DNA from: Schmidtea polychroa
Lineage: Eukaryota
Length of the DNA stretch: 64,000 nucleotides
Direction of reading: 5' to 3'
Assembly: GCA_044892525.1 (NCBI GenBank)
Contig: CM097886.1
Location: forward strand, 92,194,001-92,258,000
Below are positions 35,279-47,336 of the stretch, piece after piece. A program made the translations under genes and the position numbers. The number at the start of each line of letters is the position of its first letter. The first letter of the stretch is position 1. Under the pieces are notes generated by a model. It was not told the origin of the DNA, did not search any database, and saw only the letters and a program-made list of their open reading frames with translations.

Positions 35279-36969
35279 GTATTTACATTATTATTTTTCT
35301 ATTTTGTTTGAAAATAAATTTTTAAATAATTTTAATTTTATTGTATGTATATTTATTATTGACAGACTCGCGGTTTGAATTAACTTTATTTGTTTTACGA
35401 AAAGTTTCTCGAGTCAAATTTTAAAATGCTTATTATTCGAATTATATTTAACCTTCTTTTTAATTCAAATTAAACTATGCAAACCACTTCATAATACCTC
35501 TAATTTATTTATTCCGTTCTTAGGATTTTACATCTAAAATAATTTCGAAATGAAAAAAAGTGAAGTAAAATATGAAGCTTTAAAGTAAGATGTTCGAGTT
35601 TGTCTAAAGTTGCTCAAAATAAATTTAAAGTGCAAATCAAAAATGTCAAAACTTACAAAATTCAAAATAATTTAAAAAATTTGAAAAAAAATTAAAATTG
35701 ACGAATTCCGGGATAAATTGGTATGTAGGTTTAACAAATGTTGAGACAAACATGAACAGCATAAAAGCAAATCAATGTGAGGATAAAGAAATTAAGCCTC
35801 CTTCCAAAACCAATAAAAATAATTAGTTTTGAATTAGCGAAACGTGATCGACTGCTCAATTATTTTTATTTCAAAAAATTTGGTCGAGGACTAATTCAAT
35901 TATTTGATTACTCAGGAGGAACATCAATATAAATTTACAATCCAAAATTTTTAAAAAGGGAAAATCATATTCAAATCTTCTTTAGAGTCGACTGCTTAAT
36001 TTTAATAGAAAAGTGCAGAACAAAAAAGAATGTTATAGACATTTTTGTGTCAACTTTTTGGCATTTAATAAAATATTCTGCCTTGGGTCTTATTTTATTA
36101 ATTGAGACAAAAGACACAAGAAGTCAGATTCTGTACCGAAATTAACTATAATAACCCAACAAAAGGTTTACGAATATTTAAAAAATGAAGAAAATTTGAA
36201 TTCACTCAAATAGATACTAAATGCAAATAAATCATGCAAATAAATAACACTGTATGTTAATGAGTAAATAGATAAAATATACAAGTATCATACCAAATTT
36301 GCCTAAACTTAACATCGCAGAAAAAATGTAAAACCATTAAAGAAAATATACACAAAGATAAAATACTGAAAAATATATACCAAAAAATGACATGAAAAAA
36401 CTGAAGAAATACTTATGTAATAATATCACACAGATATCATTCATATACCAAGCCCTATTCATGCATTTATTCATAAATGTTATTATTTACATAATTTCAT
36501 CGTCGCATAATTAAAACAATAAAAAATAGTTTACTTACAAATTTTCTAATATTTTATATTTAACTATATTACTCAAATAGAAAATTTATGAGAAATCGAG
36601 TAAAGAAATTATTATTTTTACTTGAAAAACACAACCGAAACAGAACTGGAAGTCTCAATTGTAGAGAATTAATGAGATTATTTATTCCATTGAAATTAAA
36701 AAAAAATTGAATTACCACCTCTGCCCAAATAAAACAATGAATATCCTGACATGATTCGGAGTTTTAATTTCTTTCTCGGAAAATACTTCAATTATATATT
36801 TAAAAATTTATTTCCTAGTTGATTTTCAATCTCAAATTATTTACCTTAAAAATTGCACTAATTTAACCTTTCAATTTTAGTTAATTTATTTCAATATTTA
36901 TCAAAAATAAAAATTATTTGAAAAAGAAATCTTTTGATTATCCTTATAAATTTTTTAAATAAAAATAAT

Positions 36970-37620
36970 ATTATAAGAATTTTTTACAAATTTTACCACT
37001 GATTTCTTTGACATTAAACAGCTTGACTATGAATCAGTAAATATATAGATGGTTTTTTGATATTCACGAAATTTCGCCACTGCCTTTTTCAAGAGATTTT
37101 GATTGAAATAATATTAAATTATATTAAAAGTTTTATTGATAATTGAAATTTTATTTTTAACAAATCAAATCAGTGTAATTTACACGTAAAATTCTCAGAA
37201 GAAAATAACCAAATAAAAATCCAGAACATTGAAATGAATATTTTCTTTAAAAATAAAAATAATGTATCTTTTCGAGAATTTTAAAGAAAATTAATTAAAA
37301 CAAAAAGGAATAATCAAAACACCTTTTCCTTTCTCAAGTCATGCAGATAGTAATCAAAGTTTAAGCATCAAAATTAAACCTTTAATCCTTTTTAACATCG
37401 AATCTAAACTTTATCAGTGTTCATGTTAATTATTCTTATTTTATGTATTTCTGTTAAAATATGATTTTTTAACATTTTTGTACATCTGTACTATTCAGAT
37501 TTGCACTTAATTAAGTAATCACAATTTATTAACAAAATCTTTTGAAAAAGGCAGTGCCGAAAATTCGTGACTCTCAAAAAAACATAGATATCTTTACTGA
37601 TTCATAGTCAAGCTTTTAAA
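36970..37620. mobile_element. Most complete copy of long-TIR MITE family C
   Basis: ~80-bp inverted arms at ~37019-37100 and ~37534-37614 around ~430 bp; one-sided leader 36970-37015. Confidence 0.75.
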
Positions 37621-38842
37621 TAAATACAATTTATTAACAGTTAATATTACAAACGCATTTTTATTTGATTCTTCCTTCAAAATATTTTTGTTCTTCGAGA
37701 TATGTTTTCTGCTAATGATCAGGATCAAATTTGGCTGAGTTTGTCTTTTTAATAATTAAAACAAACAGAATTAATGTTTTACACAGAATGAAATAAAATT
37801 ACCGTAAATTTGTTTAAAAAATAAAATGCTTATTATTTTAAAGATTTAAACAATATTTGGTCATTGTTATGGAGTTTTTACATTCACTCAAATTAATTTA
37901 TAATAAATGGTTTACTTATAAGTATTTAAAATAAAATAATATGATATATAATATAATTTGTTAAATGCAGGAAAAATTGTTTTTAATTCCATATTAATTT
38001 TAATGTACATTTATTTCCAACGTCCCAATTTTTTTGCATTAATTTAAACATATTAATATATAATTAATATTTAAAAACAAAATAATATTTAATTAAGTTA
38101 AAAATATAATGATATGTTTCTGAGGTTATTAATATTGGTCCTTTTACAATTTTATTAAATATAACATAAGACTGTAAATGAGTGACAGTAGGAATGAAGG
38201 GAAAGTTTACGACAACATGTAAAAAATGACACCTTTGTCCTTGAACGCATAAAATCAAACGCAATATATTTTGCATTACGGGTTTTTTCAAATATTTAAA
38301 AAATCAATTTTGCCATTGAATATTCACGATAAGCTAATGAATCCGTGTTTTAAAATGTTTTATTATTGGAAACCTATGGAAACTAAAGAATCTTACAAAG
38401 GCTTAAATTAAACAATTTCAATGAAATAGAGTGATTTCCTTTTGAACGTTAAAAATTCAAAATTCCTATAAATTAAATATTATTTATTTAATTTTATTAA
38501 TTTTTTGTTAACTAAAATTAAAAGTTTTCTTAATTGATTATATTATTACATTTGATTTCATTACGATGTTTTTTATGTAAGATAAAGTCTCAGAAATTAC
38601 GGCTTTAAATTTTATGATCTAAAACATGTTATTTAAATCTGAATTAAGGTAAGATGGCCTAGAAATTTATTTAAATGATTTGTAAATTTTAATACAGCAA
38701 AACCTTATTAGATTTATTGGATCCTAAAGTGTCCGCTATAACAGATTGTCCGTTTTATAATTAAATATTTTTCAAAGCGTACTTTATACATATAATGTGT
38801 CAAAAAACCAACCATAAAAACATTGTTTTTGAAACTCTAATT

Positions 38843-39221
38843 CAGTGCTTTCCAACCTTTTCATGCTTGTGACACACTTTTTAGACTTCCATCATTTCGC
38901 GACACAGCAAATCAGTTTTACCAGAAAACCAGACGTCATACAACTTACGCCATATGGTAAACCGTTATACAAGAGAAAATAAAACATATTTAAATATAAA
39001 TATCGAATTCCAACGATTAACTAATAAATAGGGTAAACAAGCGTTCTTGCAGCTAAAACACGACGAACTATATATATATATGTATTGTATTTCAGTCTAA
39101 CAATCGTTAAAAAGTTTATAAAATTAAAGGACTCTGTGGCTTTTCATTATGCTCACGCGACACACCTATGCAGCGCTGCCGACACACTAAAGTGTCGCGA
39201 CACACCGGCTGGAAAGCTCTG
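38843..39221. mobile_element. hAT (Buster-like) MITE
   Basis: TIR CAGTGCTTTCCAACC / GGCTGGAAAGCTCTG; exact 8-bp TSD CTCTAATT with central TA; CGCGACAC subterminal repeats. Confidence 0.92.
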
Positions 39222-39460
39222 CTCTAATTCCATAATGAAATCACTTTCATATAATATATTGAAAGATGTTAATTCGAAATTGTTACTATTTGATACTATT
39301 TTGCACTTTAAGTACCTATATAGACATGAAGTTCAAACTTATATAATATATTTTAGATAAATTTCCGTTATCTCTCTAATCCGAAGTTAATGAATAGATA
39401 AGAATTTATATTGAAATAAGGAAATAACACTAGATTTGACAAATCAATATTTTAAAAATT

Positions 39461-39630
39461 AACCCACTGTACGTAATAGGATTGATCTGAAATTTTGATA
39501 ACATGCAGTATCCATGAAAACGAATCTACCTGCCAAATTTCAGCTAAATCCGAAAGTATTTGGCTTCACAAAATTTGCGTGCCACATACAAACATACAAA
39601 TATCAGTGAAGTTAATATATAAAGAGTAAA
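39461..39630 (+). mobile_element. Possible Helentron-associated (DINE-1/HINE-like) element
   Basis: GATCTGAAATTTTG...CCAAATTTCAGCTAAATCCG...ACATACAAACATAC...AAGTTAATA layout resembles DINE-1-like elements; ends not defined. Confidence 0.35.
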
Positions 39631-40949
39631 ATATAGACAAATTATGCTAAATCTATCTAAATCAAATCAAATAAGTAAGTGTTAAAAATAATTAAATCGG
39701 ATAAATGATTAAAACAATTATTAAAAAATTGCCATTATTAAAAAATTGTATAAATCAAGAAGTCATAATTAAAATTGAATTTGGAATAAGAATGCAATTT
39801 CAAGATTCATCAAAATTAGCTAAATTTTACAACATTTTTTAATAAATAATGATAATGTTGATAATAATAATAATTTATTCAATTATTAATAATTTACAAA
39901 TAAGAGCAAATTTATAAATAAAATATTTCAAAGAAAGTTTTAATTTTAACGTTAAAAATTATATTTTTAATTAAAAACAATTGAAAAGATTTCTAACAAA
40001 AAATGTCTATTGATATTTTCCAGTTCCAACGACAGACAATTTCTAAAAATCAATTACGAGAATAATTATGATTTAATTCATGGAATTTCTTATTTTCTTT
40101 TTGTAAAATCTTTAAATTTTCAATAAATTTTAAGCGAATTAAAATCTAATAATGAAGCAGAAAATTATTGAAATGTTACAATAATTTCCCATGAGATGGA
40201 AGAAAAGGGTTTGAAATATTGTTAATTACCTACAAAAAATTCATTAAGAAGGCAGTTTTCCTTGGAGAATAATGATTACATCATATCATTTTTTTACTGC
40301 TAAATCTTTGCTGTTAAATACAAAATACTTAAAATGACATTTTAAGCGATTTTTACTTTTTGTGCTGATTTCAAACGGTCAATATGGTGACAATAATGTT
40401 ATGACAGTTGGAACATATANNNNNNNNNNNNNNNNNNNNNNNNNNNNNNNNNNNNNNNNNNNNNNNNNNNNNNNNNNNNNNNNNNNNNNNNNNNNNNNNN
40501 NNNNNNNNNNNNNNNNNNNNNNNNNNNNNNNNNNNNNNNNNNNNNNNNNNNNNNNNNNNNNNNNNNNNNNNNNNNNNNNNNNNNNNNNNNNNNNNNNNNN
40601 NNNNNNNNNNNNNNNNNNNNNNNNNNNNNNNNNNNNNNATATAAAAATATAAATCAACGGCGTCTATTTTCATGTCAAATTTGGAAAAGAAAATACAATT
40701 TAACTAAACCAACTGTGTATAAACGTTATGTTGATAATATTATTTTATTGTTTGAGAATCATGAGCATATAAGGCCTTTTTAGATTATATGAATGATTTA
40801 CATAAAAAGAATTATCTACGATACCGTTTTTTGATCTGCTTATTCAACGAAAGGAAAATGACTATCAGTCTGAAATATACAGAAAGATGACTGATAAGGT
40901 CTTTATAATACTCCTTAGAACTTTTGTAAATATAAGGAAAAGCGAAATA

Positions 40950-41629
40950 TGACGAGAAGATTAGTTTTTCGTGCATGGTCTTTATCATCTACGTTTATTA
41001 ATTCAGTGAAAAGTGTTGATTCTCTGGTTGCTTCTTAAAAATGGATATTCTAAATCTGTTCTTACTCGCATGACAAAATAGATAAATCGATGTTGAATAC
41101 TCATGATCCTTGCACAGGTTTATTTGAAGGTAATGATCATATATTGATCCTGATATTAAAGTTAATATGTTGTCAAGTTCCGAAGCTGAGAAATCCGATC
41201 TAAACACACTCATCAAAAATTTGTGTTTGTATTACCTTATTCAGAAGATTTCTGAGAGTTCAAGCATAAAATATTAAAACATGTAGATAAGACTATATTT
41301 AGGATTGTTTCAACGTCTTGCATGGATGGTAGCATGTTATATAATAAGTCTCCAATTTCCATGTAATGGATGTAATGTTACATACATTGGAGAGACTGCC
41401 CGTCATCTCTGCACTCGAGTTTTTGAACATTGCCAACGGAATTGATTGACTCACATTAGTGATCATTTTAAAAAGTGTACCAGTAAAAAAAGTCTTTCTG
41501 ATTTTGTCGTAAAAATTGAGCAATTACTGCGAGCCAGTAACGTGCGAGGCGTTACTCATTAGATCTTTAAATCCTATAATTAATATTCAAAGTACCCAGT
41601 CTACATTGATTTTGAATGTATTTAAATAA
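40950..41629 (+). mobile_element. Penelope-like element family A remnant
   Basis: LVFRAWSLSS, LLKNGYSK, VLPYSEDF, KHVDKTIFRIVSTSC, QFPCNGCNVTYIGETARHLCTRVFEH, EALLIRSLNPIINIQ...LNVFK*. Confidence 0.85.
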
Positions 41630-41809
41630 ATTAACCTTGTATATTTATTATTTGGGATGATGTTATTGTTTATTAAATATTTTTGTATGAAAACAATTTT
41701 AATTTTTAAAAATTTAAATTGAACTTTATTCTTCATTTTTTATATTAATTTAAAATGCTTTTGTATGAGAATGTTAAAGGTTTTGTGAGTTTTCTTAAAA
41801 TTATTATTA

Positions 41810-41935
41810 TTAATAAACAATTAAATGATAAAAAAAGCCCGTTACTGCGAAGTATATATTCAATACAATGAAAAAAACATTTGACTATAAAAATAATCGT
41901 TAATAATCCTTAGGAAATTCATAAGGATTATTGTA
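41810..41935 (-). repeat. Decayed unit of the hammerhead-like palindromic family just downstream of the PLE remnant
   Basis: AAACAATTAAATGATAA...TACTGCGAAGTATATATTCAATACAATG...TTTGACTATAAAAATAATC matches the left arm at 26915-27000. Confidence 0.6.
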
Positions 41936-42002
41936 TTTTTGCCAATACGTTTCCAAAATTGTATTGATGGGGTAGCTCTCCACTATGCTCTTTCACATTT
42001 AA

Positions 42003-42074
42003 CACGTTGAACGCCGCAATGCTTAAAAACAAATATATTGTGCATCGTATACGATTCGCACGGCGTTCAACGTG
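42003..42074. mobile_element. 72-bp piggyBac-type micro-MITE
   Basis: Perfect 14-bp TIR CACGTTGAACGCCG, TTAA on both sides (41999-42002, 42075-42078). Confidence 0.8.
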
Positions 42075-45068
42075 TTAAATAATAAAATTACATATCATGA
42101 ATCTTGAATCGTAATTTTTAAATATTTTATTTATTTACAATCACTTAACAAAACAAAAGATCAACTTTGATTACGATAAAAATTAAAAATCTCATTTTTT
42201 TATTTACTATTTTTTGAAAGCTATAAAGAAATTATTTATATATACACACAATTACACAAGTTATTAAATAAAAAAGAAAGTTCATTAAAATATGTAAAAG
42301 ATATAAGATTTATTTCTTTGATGAAAGAATATAAAAGTAAGTGTCTTTTAAAACTTGTCATGTCTAATTTAAAATTGTATCTCATGAAGAGCTGGTGCCA
42401 AAATGTTCAAGAAAAAACGAAAGATTGAATTTAATGAATTTATTCAAAAATAAAATTTAATAATTATTTATTTATGAAAAACAAATTTATTTTCTCCAAT
42501 CAAATTACATTGAAAAAGTTAAATTAATATTTTAATTAATGCAATTTCAAATCTCTATGAATTAATTTTTGGTTTATTTAAATTTAAATATTTTAAATAT
42601 CCATCGCATAATTCGTTTAAAACTTCAAATAAGAAACGGAAATAATCCACTAATGCATCAGTATAAAGATTTCAAATAAAATAATTTAAAAGAATTAACC
42701 AATCAAAATCCACCAAATTTATTTTTAATAATTAATAAATGAAAGAAAAAGTTTAGTTTAAGATTTTTAACCACAGAAATTCTTTAAAATACGTAAATTT
42801 TGAATAAACTCATTTTTTTATTATTTATTCATATTTTAGTTTTCATTTTTTAAAAAAAATAATTTTAAATGATTTAATTAAAGAAAATTTGAGAAAAAAT
42901 GTAATATGCTGTTTCAATTCCAGTTTTGGATTTGCATCAACGAAAAAAATCCTAATCTGTTAAGGAAATATGCGGTTGGTATGATAGATGCACAAAACCT
43001 TTGTTGTATAGGGAAATTGGCTTCTGTCAAATCATAAGTTTCGTCTTTATTTGTACATAAATACTAGGGTTTTTCCAAACCTTTTGTTCAAATCTGTCAT
43101 CGAAAATATTTCTAGCTCTATCTCAAGTAAATAAAACTTTGCAAGCTTAACTATATCCATTTAATTTCAAAAAAAGGTGAACATTTTAAAAATTGTTTAC
43201 AACAATAATGAAAAAGGTCGTACCTTGAATCAGTGCTGTAGCTGTTAAAATCTAAACAACTTTGTAACAATACATTAGCAATAACAGTTTCAATTTTTCA
43301 AAAATAAAAATACAAAAATAGCAAAGAAATATTGTGTAAAATTACAATATTCGTGGGAATGTCTTGCTGAAAGTCTCAAAGGTCCTGGTTTTATTGGTCG
43401 GACGGGTTTCCTAACATTTGAATAATGAGATTCCTCAATTAATTTTTCAATAAGATAAATAATTTTCAATAATCTAAATTCTAAATGATCTAATTTTCCA
43501 TAATTTTTAGTATTTACGAAATATACGTTAAAAAAAATCCAGCAGATAGAAAATTTTTTTTCTTATAATATTTCTTTCCTCGTTATCTTGTGACCCGATA
43601 ACTATAGAGTTGCTGATCTTATCTATCGACTCCCACCATCGTATTATTGTACTCAAAAATTAAAATTTAAGTTGCTAAAACTGAACTTGGGTTTGGTCAT
43701 TTTTGCATGTATAGTATGCCCATACTGAGCTTGGGACTGGACGTTAAGGGATTAATAAAAAAATAGAATATCTTTTGAATGAGGGCCTTAAAAGATTTCG
43801 ATTTAAAAATAAGTTGGATTTCCGAACGTTTATAAATATTTTTTATATTCTAAAATAATAAGTTAAATTATTTTTTCAGAGAAATTAACAATGTTAGAAA
43901 AACCAAAACAAAAAACAATATTAGAGATTATGAGATTAATTTTAATAAATTTAATATAGAACAAATTTTACTTTTCTTATTGTTACAAATATCATAAATT
44001 CTTTCAAAATCTCTAATCTGAACTCATTTCTAATTTTTATGTCATTTATTCTTAAGCCTTCAAATATTATTAACCACTTACATTGGAATTAGATGCTATG
44101 CGCATCAATCGCTATCTGTACCAAATGTCGATATGACATGTATAACACGTCATGTGATATTTACTAAGTTTGTAGTTCCATTAACAAGTTATATACTGTA
44201 TAATACCAGAATTACTTTTATAAGTTAAAGTAATATGCCAACTCAATGCAAATTGCTTTGAACGGTTTCCCCACTCTAATAATATACTTATCAAATCCAA
44301 GGAGTCAGCTCGATATGTGTATGAGCTACATTTGTGACTCTTAAAATTACATCAATTCGTCAACCTCTTTTGTCAACGTCTCCTGCTTTCTTTTAATTTT
44401 GAAATGAGCATTTGTAACTTCCACGGAGATAAAGTTTAAAAGGTTTTTTTAAAATGTATTTCTATCTATATTTGAAGTTATATTTTATTCATTTTGTCAA
44501 AATTATAAATTTACACTCAAATTTGTTGCGTTAAAGATTCAATAAAAAAGATTTAATAATAATTATTTACCATTTTTAATATTTAATTGTATAACAAGTG
44601 AATTTCTTTTTTTTCTTTTTTTCTTTTTTTTTAACTAGAATTAATGCAACAGGTCTTGCCACGAGGTTTAAAATTAAAATTTTCTGCTAATCATGCCGAG
44701 TTTTTCAAAGATTTTCAATGAATACTTTAATTACAAAAGTTAATAAATCTGGTACTCTAATTTTAATAGGTTAATTAATAATAATATTTCATGAATAAAA
44801 AAAAATAAATAAATAAAAATAATATAAAAATAATATAATTAATTAATTAAATTACCTTAAACAAAAATAAAATTAATAATTTTTTTAAATTTAATTAATT
44901 TTAAAATTTATTTATAATTTTTTTTTCATTGACAACGGCGGTTTATTTTGTATTTATTACCAATAATCTGCTTTTTTATCATTAACCAAAAAACTGAAGA
45001 ATGTTATAAAGTAATAAAGGTTTTTTGACATAAATATAAATTTGTATAAAAAAGAACAAAACCTTTAC

Positions 45069-45614
45069 CTTGGCAAATAACGATGATGACGGATGATCAA
45101 AAAATAACCACAAGCGATATCTTAATCGTTTTAATCCTCTGCAATATTTTACCAAATTTTTCATAGAGTCAATATCTTCAAAACAATCTTTAAATAAAGT
45201 CTTTTTTGTTCGTTTTTCTTCATCATATCTCATGTAAGCCGACATGCAACACGGACCGATAAATGATTCGTCGATTCCCCAGAAAATTAATTCTTTTCGA
45301 ACAAACGGTCCACAGATACTATTCGGTAAATGCAATTCACCAGTTCGATAAAAGTCTAAAACGAAACGAAAAATTTCCGGATCTCGATCAAAATAATAAA
45401 TTGGCGCATCAGACGACATCGACGTTGACGAACAAACCACTCCTCCATGGTCGTGGGAAGATGAGCAGATTTTGGATGACTGTGAAAACTGTTTCTCATG
45501 TTTAATGGCGATCATGTAAAGTCTACTGTCGGGAACGCGATATAAAGTCGATCGACGAGTGACAAAAATTCTTCCTCCAATGCAAAGAGTCACCGTGTCG
45601 GTTGCATTGATCAT
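45069..45614 (-). CDS. Shaw: First coding exon of a Shaw/Kv3-type voltage-gated potassium channel (T1/BTB domain to pre-S1)
   Basis: ATG 45614; YYFDRDPEIFRFVLDFYRTGELHLPNSICGPFVRKELIFWGIDESFIGPCC and RLWLFFDHPSSSLFAK; donor AAG|GTAAAG at 45069/45068, phase 0. Confidence 0.85.
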
Positions 45615-46479
45615 TTTATTTAATTTATTTATTCAAAATAATTTTCCAAAAAATAATATAAATAATTATAAAAGATTTTCTTGAATTTCATTCGTCAGAT
45701 TACCAATCCAATCTGAAAAATCTAACATTTTTATGATGTTGGCTTTTATTTGGTTTTTTGAAAATAATAAATACTATAAATGTATTTGACAAAAAAAATA
45801 AAAATAAACTCTCATTAAAACTAAATATTAATTGTATTGTTTTGTAGAATTAAACAAAAATTGAAAACGAGAAATCTAATTTGTTTTCTTCTTAAATTAT
45901 TCGTATTTATCTATGAGTGAAAACAGCCGCAAAACATTTTCGCCACTTAGGCCAAAAATATTCAAGGAGAATTCAATCAAATTAACTTGATAACATAACG
46001 AGAAATCACTTTTTAGCTTTAAAATTTAAATATATAATTTTTCAGAAAAGAAATAATTAAGGATTTAATACTTTTAATATTGACCAATCAAAATATCCTC
46101 TCCTTATTATATATTATAATTGAAACAAATAATTTTACAAATGATTAATGCAAAGAATTAAATTTATAAAATGTATTCTTTTACGTAAATAATAACTACA
46201 TTTATTTTTATTTATTTTCTATTATTTGTTTAAATGTAAAATATTAACTCTGGTTAGCGGACGACTCTCAACTTTTAGGGGTATCAAACAAAACGTAAAA
46301 CTAAATATTATAATACGAAGAGCAATAATTAAATGAATAATTTTTTTATTGAAAAATGAGATAATAAGATCACTGGATATTGACGACTATATTAAGAACT
46401 ATTAAAATCTATGAAAAATATAGAAATATATAGCCTAGTACTTCCATTATGGTTTTGTTCTGTTTACGAAATTCTTTAA

Positions 46480-46711
46480 CCCTTTCGCCCCTATTGGGAC
46501 AATACGTCCCAGAAACTTTCATCATGATCCTACTGGGATATTTTGAATGGTCCATAAAAGCCTATTGGGACTTATTATCCCAGGACTTTCTAGGATATTC
46601 AGAAGCGCCACGATTACAAAAATGAGAATATTTCATATTTAGGTCAATATTAACAAGTTCCAATATATAAATTTAGCATAGTGTCATTAGCGGAAAGTCG
46701 GTGCGAAAGGG
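46480..46711. mobile_element. piggyBac MITE (232 bp)
   Basis: TTAA-CCCTTTCGC...GCGAAAGGG-TTAA; internal TGGGAC-N5-GTCCCA-type palindromic repeats. Confidence 0.9.
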
Positions 46712-46989
46712 TTAAATAAGATTTATTCAAGCTGTTTGTCACATGCAAAATGATGTAATCAGGTTTCCAAAACATTTATATACACATCAAGTTATAATTC
46801 CTATTGAAAACTCTAAAATATAATATATACAATTAAAAGTTTTCTAGAAAAGACAAACCCTAAAAGTATCTTGTTGAAGAACGACTCAACAATTTCAATT
46901 GTTTCAGCTGCAGAATGTCATAAAAAGACAAGTGGGACGAAAAATAAAAGTACAAAAGGATTTATCAATATTGCAAACCTAATATTAAA

Positions 46990-47080
46990 CAATTAAATGA
47001 TAATTTTAGCATTTTGCTGCGAATAATATATTTATTACAAATGAAAATATTTTCGACTATAAGATAGTCCTTGTTGATTA
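46990..47080 (-). repeat. Unit of the hammerhead-like family
   Basis: Minus strand AATCAACAAG-GACTAT-CTT-ATAGTC-GAAA-ATATTT-TC-ATTTG plus the family flank. Confidence 0.6.
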
Positions 47081-47297
47081 ATTATTTGGTTAATTATTAT
47101 TTTTTTATTCTTAACATATTGAATTTAATTTAGTAATTTATTAATTAATGTTAAAATTTAAAAAAATAATATATTATTTAAATTATAATTTTTAAAAGAA
47201 TGAAATGTTTTTATTAAAAAATGTTTTTATATAATTAATAATTAATACAATTAATAAATTTGTTTAAAAATCCTTAATTTTTATAGTTATTATATAC

Positions 47298-47336
47298 CAC
47301 CTGATGATGACAGGAAAACTGTCGAAATATATCGTG
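47298..47336 (+). ncRNA. Intact minimal type I hammerhead ribozyme (PLE type)
   Basis: CAC-CTGATGA-T-GACAG-GAAAA-CTGTC-GAAA-TATA-TC-GTG; predicted cleavage after C47333; palindromic ATATAT in place of helix III. Confidence 0.8.

Noticed and set aside
40362-40420. GQYGD...MTVG peptide resembling a K-channel pore
   Set aside because: Wrong strand for the Shaw exon and wrong motif order relative to TVGYGD.
42950-43130. Minus-strand DRARNIF...EANFP resembling a PLE RT thumb
   Set aside because: Too short and frame-broken to support.
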